Below, piece by piece: positions 54,265 to 64,000 of a stretch of DNA of 64,000 nucleotides. Under the pieces are notes generated by a model. That model did no database searches and was not told the DNA's origin. It worked only from the letters and a program-made list of their open reading frames with translations. This DNA is from Rhodospirillaceae bacterium (GTDB lineage: Bacteria; Pseudomonadota; Alphaproteobacteria; UBA6615): positions 5,527 to 69,526 of the forward strand of contig PASR01000011.1 of NCBI GenBank assembly GCA_002713365.1. The letters run 5' to 3'. The number at the start of each line of letters is the position of its first letter. Within the stretch, counting starts at the first letter, position 1. The translations under genes and the position numbers were made by a program.

Positions 54265-54672
54265 TTATGGCATGTCGCTGAAATATTCAGCTGCACCGCC
54301 TTCAAGCTTATTTTCATCAACTTCAAATAGTTCAAGAAGTACATTATCTGGAGCAGGGCACATTATATATTTCCATGCCCCAAAGTCATGAATGTTGCTG
54401 CGAAATTTGATGCCGGAATCAGTTAACTTTTTTGCTAGTTTTTCAAGATTATTAGTCCTAATTCCTAAGTGATGAACAGCGCCTTTACCATCATCACGCA
54501 AGCTTTGTTCATAAAAGTGTATTCTGCCACTTCCTACACGCATGAAAATATTACGAGCTCCACCAAAATCGCCATCATATATTACTATACCTCCAAGCAT
54601 ATCGCGCCACCAGTTTATGGTCGTATTTATGTCTTTGGTAAATAAATGCACGTGATGAAAATGTTCAACCAT
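54265..54672 (-). CDS. VOC/glyoxalase family protein
   Basis: FHHVHL, VHHLGI and APDNVLLELFE. ATG at 54672 preferred. Confidence 0.85.
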   Translation of the reverse strand: MVEHFHHVHLFTKDINTTINWWRDMLGGIVIYDGDFGGARNIFMRVGSGRIHFYEQSLRDDGKGAVHHLGIRTNNLEKLAKKLTDSGIKFRSNIHDFGAWKYIMCPAPDNVLLELFEVDENKLEGGAAEYFSDMP

Positions 54673-54832
54673 TTGAAAAATCCTGGTATTTGTTATAGTT
54701 AGCACAAACCCTAAACTACCCCTACTATTCAACAGAAGAAGCATGGTGGTTTTTAAAACTAAACTATCATATTTATATTACTGCTGGACTAGTGTTGATT
54801 GTTAACAGTGAGACAAACTAAGAGTCTAGAGC

Positions 54833-55717
54833 ATGATTGATTCAAAGTTACATTATTCTAAAAAATCTATCACAGTAAAAGATAGAAAAATGGCATTTAT
54901 TGAAATTGGTACAGGTGATCCTATAGTTTTTATTCACGGCAATGCAAATTCATCCTACATGTGGAGAAATATATTACCCTATATGGAAGATTTGGGGCGG
55001 CTAATTGCTATTGATAATATAGGTCAAGGTGATTCTGATAAGCTTCCGGAATCTGGTCCTGGATCATATACGTTAGCAGAGCACCAAATTTATATAAATG
55101 GAATAATGGATGCTTTGAATATTAACAAAAATGTGACTTTGGTAATGCACGATTGGGGAGGGCCTCTTGGTTTAACCTGGGCACGTTCTAATTCTCAGTA
55201 TATAAAGGGACTCGTTCATTGCGAGATAGTTGTAGGTAATCATTCCAGTTATGATGAATACCCAGATAGTCATGGTGAGCGTCTTAAAAGAGTTCGCGGG
55301 CAAGATGGCGAAGAATTGGTAATGACAGATAACTATTTTATTGAAAAAATATTTACTGGTGGAGTAATTCGTAATATTGATGACGAGACTATGGCTGAAA
55401 TCCGTCGGCCTTATGAAGGGTCTCGAGAGAATCGTCGACCAACATTAACATGGCCTCGACAGATACCCATTGAAGGTAAACCGAAAGATGTTGCTGACTT
55501 AGTAAATAAACTGTCTTTGTGGATGACTGAGAACAATATACCTAAGCTATTTATTCGTGCTGAACCTGGTCAAATTTTATTTGGTCGCGATTTAGAAATT
55601 ATTGATTCTTGGACTAATCAGAAAACTGTTACTGTACATGGTTTGCATCATCCTCAAGAAGATTCACCTGATGATATAGGGGTTGCATTGAGAGACTGGT
55701 ATAAATCAATTAGTTAG
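54833..55717 (+). CDS. Haloalkane dehalogenase (HLD-II/LinB-DhaA-like)
   Basis: HGNANSSYMWRN, GQGDSDK, HDWG nucleophile, RRPTLTWPRQIP and GLHHPQEDSP. Confidence 0.85.
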   Translation: MIDSKLHYSKKSITVKDRKMAFIEIGTGDPIVFIHGNANSSYMWRNILPYMEDLGRLIAIDNIGQGDSDKLPESGPGSYTLAEHQIYINGIMDALNINKNVTLVMHDWGGPLGLTWARSNSQYIKGLVHCEIVVGNHSSYDEYPDSHGERLKRVRGQDGEELVMTDNYFIEKIFTGGVIRNIDDETMAEIRRPYEGSRENRRPTLTWPRQIPIEGKPKDVADLVNKLSLWMTENNIPKLFIRAEPGQILFGRDLEIIDSWTNQKTVTVHGLHHPQEDSPDDIGVALRDWYKSIS

Positions 55718-55747
55718 TTTTTTATGGAAAAATAGCTGAGTATTAAT

Positions 55748-56656
55748 ATGATCAATCATGAAAAAGTTTGGGAAGAAATACATTATTATTCTGACGGCCT
55801 GAAAATTTCTGGATTTTTATATAAACCTAAAGATTGGAAGCAAGGTGATCCTGATCGTCCTGCCATAGTAGTTTTACATGGTTATAGTGGTATGAAAGAT
55901 GTTTATGGAATGGATGTACCGCATTGGTTATGGGACGCTGGGTACTTTGTTTTATCTTGGGATTATCCAGGTTTTGGAGTTAGCGAAGGTGAACGTGGTC
56001 GTCACCGGCCACTAGAGCAGGCTCAAGCAACGTATGATTCAGTAACATACCTGGAAACTGTTGATGGGGTTGACCCTAGCAGAATTGCTTATTATGGCTC
56101 CAGCTGGGGAGGGGCTAATGCTATATGGTGCGGCGCTTTTGACGAAAGAGTTAAAGTTATTGTATCCGCTGTAATGGTTTCTGATGGAGAGAGATGGATG
56201 CAAAGTGTTCGTCGTCCTCATGAATGGCAAGCATTTGTAAAACAGATTAAAGATGCTGAAAGAAAACGAGTTCTAACCGGAGAGAAAACGACTGCTCCAT
56301 TGGGTGATATTATGTTATTAGACCCTCATACGCGTGATGTCATTGAGAATTTTCATTCAAAAGATCATCGTTTTAACCCTGAATATGATTTAGAAAGTGC
56401 TGCTGCCTGTTGGCGCTATAAGCCGGAGTGGGTAGCCCATCGCATTTCGCCACGACCAGTGCTTTTGGTCTATTCTGAGTTTGATATGTTGGTTCCGGTT
56501 AACGAGCAATTAAAATGTTATGAAGCCTTAGGGGAACCCAAAAAATTAGTTAAAATACCTAATGCTCAACATTACGATTCTTACTATATGACTAATCCTG
56601 AACTGCATGAAATTCAGAAAATTGAAGTTCTGGAATGGTACGCTAAATATCTTTAG
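55748..56656 (+). CDS. Alpha/beta hydrolase (S15/CocE-like)
   Basis: VLHGYSG, DYPGFGVSEG, GSSWGG nucleophile elbow and C-terminal Asp/His. Confidence 0.8.
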   Translation: MINHEKVWEEIHYYSDGLKISGFLYKPKDWKQGDPDRPAIVVLHGYSGMKDVYGMDVPHWLWDAGYFVLSWDYPGFGVSEGERGRHRPLEQAQATYDSVTYLETVDGVDPSRIAYYGSSWGGANAIWCGAFDERVKVIVSAVMVSDGERWMQSVRRPHEWQAFVKQIKDAERKRVLTGEKTTAPLGDIMLLDPHTRDVIENFHSKDHRFNPEYDLESAAACWRYKPEWVAHRISPRPVLLVYSEFDMLVPVNEQLKCYEALGEPKKLVKIPNAQHYDSYYMTNPELHEIQKIEVLEWYAKYL

Positions 56657-56674
56657 GTTTAAGTGGAGAATAAT

Positions 56675-58336
56675 ATGGAACGTACAGGTGGACAGGTTTT
56701 AGTAAAGGCCTTGGAGCTTAATGGTATTAATACAGTTTTTTGCGTTCCTGGGGAAAGTTATCTTGGAGCACTTGATGCGTTTTATGATGTACGTGATTCT
56801 ATACGAGTCATTACTTGTAGACATGAAAGCGGTGCATCCTATGCAGCTGAAGCACATGGAAAATTAACTGGTGAGCCAGGAATTGCATTTGTTACAAGGG
56901 GTCCTGGTGCCTGTAATGCAAGCATTGGTGTGCATACAGCTTTCCAAGATTCCTCTCCCATGATACTTTTTATAGGTCAGGTCCCGCGAGATTTTAGGGG
57001 TCGTGAGGCTTTTCAGGAAATTGATTTTACTTCCATGTACCAACCTTTATCTAAGTGGGCAGTCGAAGTTGAAGATCCGAAGCGGTTACCTGAAATTATT
57101 GCTAGAGCATTTGCTGTGGCCAAAGGTGGTCGCCCAGGTCCAGTGGTAATTTCATTGCCAGAAGATATGCTTGTTGAGAAAGTAAAAGTTGAAGACGCTT
57201 TAGCTGCTGAATTACCACACCCTGAGCCAGCAGATAATGATCTTAAAACCCTTAGCGATATGATGTCAGACGCAAATAAGCCGCTTGTTATATTCGGCGG
57301 TGGTGGCTGGACAGAGGAATCAGTAGAAGACCTGGAGGCTTTTTGCGAAGGAAATAGTTTACCTGCTATTGCTTCATTCAGAGTTCAAGATATTTTTAAC
57401 AATGATCATCCAAATTTTATAGGTGAACTTGGTTACAACACAAACCCAAAATTAGCGCAACGCGTAAAGAATTCAGATTTTATTTTAGCTATTGGCGCAA
57501 GGTTAGGAGAGACTGCAACGCAGGCATATACGTTAATTAAGGCTCCCAAGCCTGAACAAAAGCTAGTTCATGTTTTTGCAGATCATACAGAGCTCGGTCG
57601 TGTATTTCAGGCCGACCTCTTAATAGCTTCAGACGTTTCGGCATTCGTTAGTTCTGTTCGAAGAAATATTCAGGTGGATTCTAGTAAATGGGTTTCATGG
57701 CTAACAGAAGGTCGGTCAGATTTTGATGAGTGGACCGTACCTGGAAAATATCCAGGATCATTGAATCTTGCTGAAGCATTTTTGGCACTGCGTGATATTT
57801 TACCTAATGATGCAATTATAACTACAGATGCTGGTAATTTTGCAGGATGGATAAGTCGTTTTTTTAAATTTCGAAAATATAGAACTTTGCTTGGCCCAAC
57901 AAATGGATCTATGGGATACGGCATGCCAGCAGCTTTAGCAGCTAAGGCCGAGAGACCCGAACTACCGGTTATATGTTACGCAGGTGATGGAGGTATTTTA
58001 ATGACCGGAAATGAGTTGGCAACAGCCGTTCAGAATGATCTAGCTGTTGTACTTATTATTGCTAACAATAGTATGTATGGAACAATACGGATGCATGAGG
58101 AAAGAGAGTTTCCAGGCAGAGAAATTGCTACACAGCTGCAAAACCCTGATTTTGTAAGCTGGGCTGAATCCTTCGGTGCACTAGGTGAACGCGTTACTAA
58201 AACAGATGAATTTAGGCCGGCAGTAGAACGTGCTTTAGCAGCAAACTGTCCTTTTGTTATTGAGTTAATTCTCGATCAAGAGCTAATTTCTAGTAATATT
58301 ACCTTAACGCAATTACGAGCCCAGGCACAAAAATAA
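56675..58336 (+). CDS. Thiamine diphosphate-dependent enzyme (acetolactate synthase-like)
   Basis: FCVPGESY, RHESGA, TRGPGACN, GDGG..M and NNSMYGTIRMH. Confidence 0.88.
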   Translation: MERTGGQVLVKALELNGINTVFCVPGESYLGALDAFYDVRDSIRVITCRHESGASYAAEAHGKLTGEPGIAFVTRGPGACNASIGVHTAFQDSSPMILFIGQVPRDFRGREAFQEIDFTSMYQPLSKWAVEVEDPKRLPEIIARAFAVAKGGRPGPVVISLPEDMLVEKVKVEDALAAELPHPEPADNDLKTLSDMMSDANKPLVIFGGGGWTEESVEDLEAFCEGNSLPAIASFRVQDIFNNDHPNFIGELGYNTNPKLAQRVKNSDFILAIGARLGETATQAYTLIKAPKPEQKLVHVFADHTELGRVFQADLLIASDVSAFVSSVRRNIQVDSSKWVSWLTEGRSDFDEWTVPGKYPGSLNLAEAFLALRDILPNDAIITTDAGNFAGWISRFFKFRKYRTLLGPTNGSMGYGMPAALAAKAERPELPVICYAGDGGILMTGNELATAVQNDLAVVLIIANNSMYGTIRMHEEREFPGREIATQLQNPDFVSWAESFGALGERVTKTDEFRPAVERALAANCPFVIELILDQELISSNITLTQLRAQAQK

Positions 58337-58352
58337 AATTGAGAGATTCTCT

Positions 58353-58910
58353 ATGGGTCTAAAAAAGAAAAAAGCTATTTTTCTTGATCGCGATGGAGTG
58401 ATTAATGTTGATAGTGGCTATATATGGAGAATTGAAGACTTTGTATTCTATGAGGGCGTTTTTGAAGCTTGCAGATACGCTCGTGAATTGGGCTATGTTT
58501 TAATTGTAGTTACTAACCAGGCTGGCATTGGTCGGGGCATTTTTAGCGAGTCAGACTATCAAAATCTAACTTCGTGGATGTGCAGACGTTTTGCCGATCA
58601 TGATATAGAATTAGCAGGTGTTTTTCACGCACCCACTCATCCGCAAGAAGGTATAGGTATATACAAAAGAGAATCTATAGATCGTAAACCTGGACCTGGA
58701 ATGATACTAAAAGCTAGCAAAACAATGGGAATTGATTTAGAAAAATCAGCTATGGTTGGCGATCGTGAAACCGACATTGAAGCTGCAATAAATGCTGGGG
58801 TAGGAAAAAAAATACTGATTAATTTAGGCTTATCGGCTAATTCTACAAAAGCTGATGTTATCTTACCTTCTTTGTCAGAGGCTATAGACTGGTTATCTAA
58901 AAATAACTAA
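58353..58910 (+). CDS. gmhB: D-glycero-D-manno-heptose-1,7-bisphosphate phosphatase-like HAD
   Basis: FLDRDGVIN, VTNQAGIGRG, RKPGPGM and MVGDRETD. Confidence 0.82.
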   Translation: MGLKKKKAIFLDRDGVINVDSGYIWRIEDFVFYEGVFEACRYARELGYVLIVVTNQAGIGRGIFSESDYQNLTSWMCRRFADHDIELAGVFHAPTHPQEGIGIYKRESIDRKPGPGMILKASKTMGIDLEKSAMVGDRETDIEAAINAGVGKKILINLGLSANSTKADVILPSLSEAIDWLSKNN

Positions 58911-58920
58911 TTTAACAACA

Positions 58921-59523
58921 CTAGTTGCCATCTAATCGCCAGATCATCATCTCAAGACGGTCTTGTCCAAAAAATAATTCTCCATCCAAAACCATCGAAG
59001 GTACACTCCATACTCCCAGTGACAAAGCTTCATCAGTATTGGAAGACATTTCATCAGCAACTGACTTATTTTCTATTGCTGACATCAGTGTTTTACTATC
59101 CAAACCGACACTTTCTATTATCTTTGCTACATCTGCCTTATCGTCAATATTCAATTCATCGACCCAACAGCCGCGCATAAGTGCGCGTGTTAATCTATAG
59201 ACATCTTGTCCCGATTGTAAGGCAGCAATAATTGCGTATGAAGATAAATGAAAAGCGGCAGGAAAATATTTGGGATGAGAGTTTATTTCTGTTTTTCTCC
59301 AGGCTGCCCAACGCGGTAACTCTAATAAACGATAATCTTGTAATACTTGTGGTCTATTACCCAGAGGTTGTCCAGCTCCTGCTTCCTTCCACGATCTACC
59401 AACATCAATCGGTTTAAATGCAATCGAACGATCGTATGATTCAGCAATACTATTAAGTTTATCAATTGCCAAATAAGACCATGGCGACACGCAAGCAAAG
59501 TAGAAGTTAATAGGGTCAGCCAT
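58921..59523 (-). CDS. 2-hydroxychromene-2-carboxylate isomerase / kappa-GST-like DsbA family protein
   Basis: SPWSYL, ELPRWA, GVWSVPS and FFGQDRL. Confidence 0.85.
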   Translation of the reverse strand: MADPINFYFACVSPWSYLAIDKLNSIAESYDRSIAFKPIDVGRSWKEAGAGQPLGNRPQVLQDYRLLELPRWAAWRKTEINSHPKYFPAAFHLSSYAIIAALQSGQDVYRLTRALMRGCWVDELNIDDKADVAKIIESVGLDSKTLMSAIENKSVADEMSSNTDEALSLGVWSVPSMVLDGELFFGQDRLEMMIWRLDGN

Positions 59524-59573
59524 AATTACTCTCCGGTTAATTTAGAATTCATTAATAATATATTTGTGTTTGT

Positions 59574-61361
59574 CTAGAAAGAGTTTTCAGGTAAGGCTAG
59601 AACTGAGCCACTTCCTCTAGTTATCTCTGGTAAAAATATATTTGCACGTGGAAGCACATGATCAGCATAAAATCTTGCAGTTATAATTTTGGCTTCTAAA
59701 AATGGCCGATCTTCAGAATTTGGAAGATTTCTATGAGCAGCAAGAGCTGAGCGTGCCATAAGCCAACCACCAACAACAGTGCCAGTTAAGTGCAGAAAAG
59801 GGGTGGCCCCAGAAAATTTTGTATCTATATCGTTGTTCTTCGGATCCAGTAGCCATTCTGATGCTATTCGTAGAGAATTAAGTCCTTCACGCAATGATTT
59901 TTGTATTGCTTTGCAATCAGCATCCTCTGTTTCAGTTAATTCTTCATCTATTCCTTCAATCTCACTTATAAGATTATCCATTGCGCTGCCTCCATCACGT
60001 AAAAACTTTCTACCCAATAAATCTATAGCTTGAATACCATTCGTGCCTTCGTAGATTGGGGCTATTCGGGAATCTCTAAAATACTGCGCTGCACCAGTTT
60101 CTTCTATAAACCCCATTCCACCATGTACTTGCAGGCCCATGGAAGCTATTTCTACTCCCAAGTCAGTGCACCAAGCTTTAACAACTGGCGTAAGTAAATC
60201 CATTCGGGCATTATTAATATCTCTAATTTTTTTATCCGTGTGGTTTCTTGATATATCTAGCGTTGAGTTAGTATAATATGCGAGAGCTCTCATAGCTTCT
60301 ACTTGAGACCTCATCATCATTAACATCCTTCTAACGTCGGGATGTTTTATGATCGTTGTTGATTCTTTATTTCCACTTATGGCTGCAGATTGAACTCTTG
60401 ATTTTGCAAACTCTACTGCTTGTTGATAGGCACGTTCGCCAATTGCCACTCCCTGAAGCCCTACATTTAGGCGGGCATTATTCATCATAGTAAACATACA
60501 TCGCAGGCCATCATTTTCTTTTCCTACTAGATAACCGATAGCTCCTTCATTATCACCGTAAGCCATTACGCATGTTGGACTGGCATGAATGCCCAGCTTA
60601 TGTTCTATATTTACAGCAAAAACATCGTTCCTCTTTCCTAGACTTCCATCTTCGTTTACTAAGAACTTTGGCACTAAAAAAAGGCTGATACCTTTTACAC
60701 CAGGGGGGGCATCTGGTAGCCGCGCAAGAACCAGATGAACTATATTTTTAGTAAAATCTTGTTCTCCATAAGTAATGTATATTTTTTGACCTGTAATTCG
60801 GTAATTTTCTCCATCTCGCTTTGCTCGAGTTTTCAATAAACTCATGTCGGTACCGGCTTGTGGCTCTGTAAGATTCATGGTGCCAGTCCATTCACCGCTT
60901 ATAAGTTTTGGAAGAAATTTCTTGCTTAGTTGTGGTGTTGCATGTGCTATCACGGCCTCGATTGCCCCAAGAGTTAGAAGGGGACAAAGAGCCCATGCTA
61001 AATTAGCTGACTGCCACATCTCTTGTAGTGAAGTTGTTAACGTCCATGGTAAGCTCATTCCTCCATGTTTTGTTTCAAATGGAGTGCCATTCCAACCTCC
61101 TTCAATAAAACTTGCGTAAGCCTCTTTGAAACCAACCGGGGTCGTGACATTGCCATCTGTTAGAACCGATGCCTCTTGGTCGCCACTTTGATTTAAAGGC
61201 GCTAGGACCTCACTAGTAAATTTAGCAGATTCGTTTAGAATATGATCAACCATGTCGCGGGTTATTTCTGAGAATGTTGGCAAGCTACTAAGCCCCTTAA
61301 GGTCGCATAACTCATCAAAAACAAAGAGCATATCTTTAACAGGAGGATTATAATCAGACAT
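59574..61361 (-). CDS. Long acyl-CoA dehydrogenase (DmdC-like)
   Basis: WTGTMNLTEPQAGTD, EHKLGIHASPT, MFTMMNNARL, HPDVRRML and IYEGTNGIQA. Confidence 0.88.
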   Translation of the reverse strand: MSDYNPPVKDMLFVFDELCDLKGLSSLPTFSEITRDMVDHILNESAKFTSEVLAPLNQSGDQEASVLTDGNVTTPVGFKEAYASFIEGGWNGTPFETKHGGMSLPWTLTTSLQEMWQSANLAWALCPLLTLGAIEAVIAHATPQLSKKFLPKLISGEWTGTMNLTEPQAGTDMSLLKTRAKRDGENYRITGQKIYITYGEQDFTKNIVHLVLARLPDAPPGVKGISLFLVPKFLVNEDGSLGKRNDVFAVNIEHKLGIHASPTCVMAYGDNEGAIGYLVGKENDGLRCMFTMMNNARLNVGLQGVAIGERAYQQAVEFAKSRVQSAAISGNKESTTIIKHPDVRRMLMMMRSQVEAMRALAYYTNSTLDISRNHTDKKIRDINNARMDLLTPVVKAWCTDLGVEIASMGLQVHGGMGFIEETGAAQYFRDSRIAPIYEGTNGIQAIDLLGRKFLRDGGSAMDNLISEIEGIDEELTETEDADCKAIQKSLREGLNSLRIASEWLLDPKNNDIDTKFSGATPFLHLTGTVVGGWLMARSALAAHRNLPNSEDRPFLEAKIITARFYADHVLPRANIFLPEITRGSGSVLALPENSF

Positions 61362-61443
61362 AAATATTTCCTATTTGGAGGTATTTGGTTGAATTAAATT
61401 AAGGATATAATTAGTTCTCTATTTTAACGCTAAAGGAATTTAT

Positions 61444-62877
61444 TCATAGAATTTTACCAGGGTTCATTATACCAGTTGGATCAAATGATTTCTTTATATT
61501 TTGCATAAGTTCTATCTCTACTGCTGATTTGTATTTTAGGAGTTCATTGACCTTGAACATGCCTATACCATGTTCGGCACTGAAGCTACCTTTTAGATCG
61601 TCAACAATTTCAACTACTATGTCGGTAATATCATGCCACCTTGAAAGAAATTTTTCATTATCTGCGCCAATAGGTTGTTGTAAATTATAGTGAATATTTC
61701 CGTCACCAATATGGCCAAAGGCAATAGGACGGATACCCGGAAAGTAATTAGAAAGTACAGTATTAGCTCGGTGAATAAATTCTGGAACTTTGGATATTGG
61801 AACTGAAACGTCATTTTTTATACTAGCACCTTCTAGGCTTTGTGCTAATACCATACCCTCACGTATAAACCACATCTGCTCCCGTTGATTTACTGATTGG
61901 CAAATCACGGCGTCCACTAATAGTTCTTCTTCATGTGCCTCTGATAAAAAACGTTCCATTACTAAATTAAGTTCACTATTTTTAGATCCGGACTCAAACT
62001 CTATTAGCGCATAATATTCATGTTTATCAAGCATTGGATCAACAGTGCCTGGAAAATGTTTTAAAGATAGGTCCAAACCTATTCTTGGGATTAGCTCGAA
62101 CGTCGAAATAGTATCGGCACTTGCTAAACGTGCTTTGCTTAATAGTTCAATCACTGTCTCCAGGTTTTTAAGGGCAACGAAACTAGTTTGACGTTCTAGA
62201 GGAATTGGAAATAACTTCAAGACCGCGCCAGTTATAACGCCTGAGGTTCCTTCAGAGCCGATAAATATTTGTTTTAAATTGTAACCAGTATTGTCTTTAC
62301 GAAGAGATTTTAGGCCATCCCAAATTTTTCCATTAGGCAGTACTACTTCTAGACCTAGCGTGAGTTCACGTGTGTTTCCATATCTAAGAACAGCAGTACC
62401 TCCAGCGTTGGTTGCTAGATTTCCACCAATTTGGCACGAGCCCTCCGCTCCTAAACTTAGAGGAAAATAGCGACTGTTTTCTTCAGCAGTTTTTTGTAAT
62501 TCTGCCAAGATACACCCTGCATCCACAGTCATTGTATAATTATAAGGGTCTACATCCCGTACTTTATTTAATCTTTCTAAGTTAATTATTATTTCTCCAC
62601 TTGCTATACCACCACCGCATAGTCCCGTATTTCCGCCTTGCGGTACCATAGCAACTTTATGTTCACTACAGATATTAACAACCGCTGCTACTTCAGTAGT
62701 AGATTTTGGCCTGATTATGGCTGGACTATTGCCTACAAAGATTCCTCTAGATTCTTTAAGGTAAGGCTCCATATCAGTTGAATTTATTAAGATACCATTT
62801 ACACCTACGACCTTAGTGATTTTATCAAGAATATCTTTTGACAATTCTGGTAATTTATCTTTGGAAAATATATTCAT
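61444..62877 (-). CDS. FAD-linked oxidase (D-2-hydroxyglutarate/D-lactate dehydrogenase-like)
   Basis: PQGGNTG, GGNLATNAGG, LRKDNTGY, GHIGDGNIH and SAEHGIG. ATG at 62877 preferred. Confidence 0.88.
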   Translation of the reverse strand: MNIFSKDKLPELSKDILDKITKVVGVNGILINSTDMEPYLKESRGIFVGNSPAIIRPKSTTEVAAVVNICSEHKVAMVPQGGNTGLCGGGIASGEIIINLERLNKVRDVDPYNYTMTVDAGCILAELQKTAEENSRYFPLSLGAEGSCQIGGNLATNAGGTAVLRYGNTRELTLGLEVVLPNGKIWDGLKSLRKDNTGYNLKQIFIGSEGTSGVITGAVLKLFPIPLERQTSFVALKNLETVIELLSKARLASADTISTFELIPRIGLDLSLKHFPGTVDPMLDKHEYYALIEFESGSKNSELNLVMERFLSEAHEEELLVDAVICQSVNQREQMWFIREGMVLAQSLEGASIKNDVSVPISKVPEFIHRANTVLSNYFPGIRPIAFGHIGDGNIHYNLQQPIGADNEKFLSRWHDITDIVVEIVDDLKGSFSAEHGIGMFKVNELLKYKSAVEIELMQNIKKSFDPTGIMNPGKIL

Positions 62878-62937
62878 AGGATCAAATTTAATCCTTATAT
62901 AAATTGTCGGCAAGTGAGTTAATCAATCTAAATCAAA

Positions 62938-63906
62938 TTAAGCTAGTATCGCTGCTCTTTTTAGACGGTCGTTAATAGCTCGGCCTAGTCCATATTTAGG
63001 AATAGGAGCTACTGCAATACCAGTAAATTTTGGTAAGTCCAACGCTCTTAGCATACTAAATAAATTAGCCGCTGCCTCACTAAGATCTCCGGAATTACTT
63101 AAATTTGATGTTACTGCAGCATTTGTTTCTGCTAACGCTCCAAAAGCCAGAAATGCTTCATCAGGTTCAGCAGACATTGCCTCCATCCTGAGCGGTAGTT
63201 TAGTTGCATAATGACGGGTTAACATCCCAGGAGATTTTATGGATATGCTTTTATCATTGCTCAAATCAGAAATAGGTCCATATCTATCATTTAGATCTTC
63301 AAGAGTTACCGCTCCATGTCTTAGTAAACTGGGGGAATTTCCAGTTAAGTCAATTACTGTAGACTCTAGCCCAATTCTACATGGTCCATCATCAATTATG
63401 ATATCGGTCAAGCCCTCAAGGGATTCTATTACATGTTCGGCTGTTGTTGGACTAACTGAGCCTGAAGCATTAGCGCTCGGAGCAGCAATTGGACCTCCAA
63501 AGCTTGATAGCAAGGCATTTGCTGTTGGATGAGATGGTACTCTTATGGCGACCGTGTCAAGACCAGCAGACACTAATAATGATAGATCGCTATCTTCACG
63601 TCTGGGTAGCACTAATGTAAGAGGTCCCGGCCAAAGCTCGTTAGCTATTTTTCGAGCTGAATCAGTGAAGTTTACATATTTTTCAGCGAGTTCTTTATTA
63701 TGCACATGAACTATAAGAGGATTAAATTGAGGGCGTTTTTTTGTAGAAAAAATGCTTGCTACGGCAATATCGTTACACGCATCCGCACCTAATCCATAAA
63801 CAGTTTCAGTAGGAAAAGCTACTAGGCCCCCATTAGCTAAAACTTTTACCGATTTATTTATTAATGACCTTCTTACGGTATTCATTTTAAACGTTTTACT
63901 TACCAT
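62938..63906 (-). CDS. tsaC: L-threonylcarbamoyladenylate synthase (Sua5-type, with C-terminal domain)
   Basis: FPTETVYGLGA, NPLIVH, WPGPLT, APSAN, SPGMLTRHY and AINDRL. True start may be 63885. Confidence 0.93.
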   Translation of the reverse strand: MVSKTFKMNTVRRSLINKSVKVLANGGLVAFPTETVYGLGADACNDIAVASIFSTKKRPQFNPLIVHVHNKELAEKYVNFTDSARKIANELWPGPLTLVLPRREDSDLSLLVSAGLDTVAIRVPSHPTANALLSSFGGPIAAPSANASGSVSPTTAEHVIESLEGLTDIIIDDGPCRIGLESTVIDLTGNSPSLLRHGAVTLEDLNDRYGPISDLSNDKSISIKSPGMLTRHYATKLPLRMEAMSAEPDEAFLAFGALAETNAAVTSNLSNSGDLSEAAANLFSMLRALDLPKFTGIAVAPIPKYGLGRAINDRLKRAAILA

Positions 63907-64000
63907 GAGAAATAAAGCTTGGATTCAAGAATTTATTTTTATATTTACCATAGACTAGCGGTTTACCATCTAATGTTTCTATATAGCCTCCTGCAGCTTC
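63896..64000 (-). CDS. cysQ: 3' end of a CysQ-like 3'(2'),5'-bisphosphate nucleotidase (truncated by the window edge)
   Basis: My translation is EAAGGYIETLDGKPLVYGKYKNKFLNPSFISHGK*, which matches the CysQ C-terminal pattern. Not in the ORF track. Confidence 0.7.
   Translation of the reverse strand, partial: EAAGGYIETLDGKPLVYGKYKNKFLNPSFISHGK

Noticed and set aside
51419..55717. Bioluminescence system (luciferase-like LLM plus Renilla-luciferase-related hydrolase)
   Set aside because: There is a single LLM gene with no luxB/C/D/E. Both families are widespread with non-luminescent roles, and the genes are in separate transcription units.
30185..64000. Genomic island integrated at tRNA-Lys
   Set aside because: Gene content changes after the tRNA, but I saw no integrase, no repeat of the tRNA 3' end and no obvious composition shift. 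Core genes (glcB, tsaC, cysQ) are interspersed.

Overview
Low-GC alphaproteobacterial chromosome segment. A Rhodospirillales-like, probably marine organism is inferred from gene order and the permuted tmRNA. Bases 1-30260 are mostly conserved core genes: 5-oxoprolinase/MFS/ggt, fumC, sspB, a two-piece tmRNA (tag ANDNVEPTAVAA), thyA-folA, mrp, hflKC-degP, a DUF1015-like gene, miaA, ilvIHC, leuA with a strongly structured 5' leader, mreBCD-mrdA-rodA and tRNA-Lys(CTT). Bases 30356-64000 are a dense run of catabolic and redox enzymes: a paired acyl-CoA dehydrogenase, tandem PRISE-like reductases, tandem beta-keto acid cleavage enzymes, glcB, gabD, a haloalkane dehalogenase and a DmdC-like dehydrogenase. 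The window ends in tsaC/sua5 and the 3' end of cysQ. The best candidate for an under-described system is a three-gene operon at 47316-50041 (- strand). It encodes a Tat-exported two-domain multicopper oxidase, a ZIP transporter with an extra N-terminal soluble domain, and an E. coli-type MntR. A MntR-box-like palindrome sits between the predicted -35 and -10 elements of its promoter. I saw no mobile elements, CRISPR arrays or defence systems. All protein calls come from motif recognition, not database searches.
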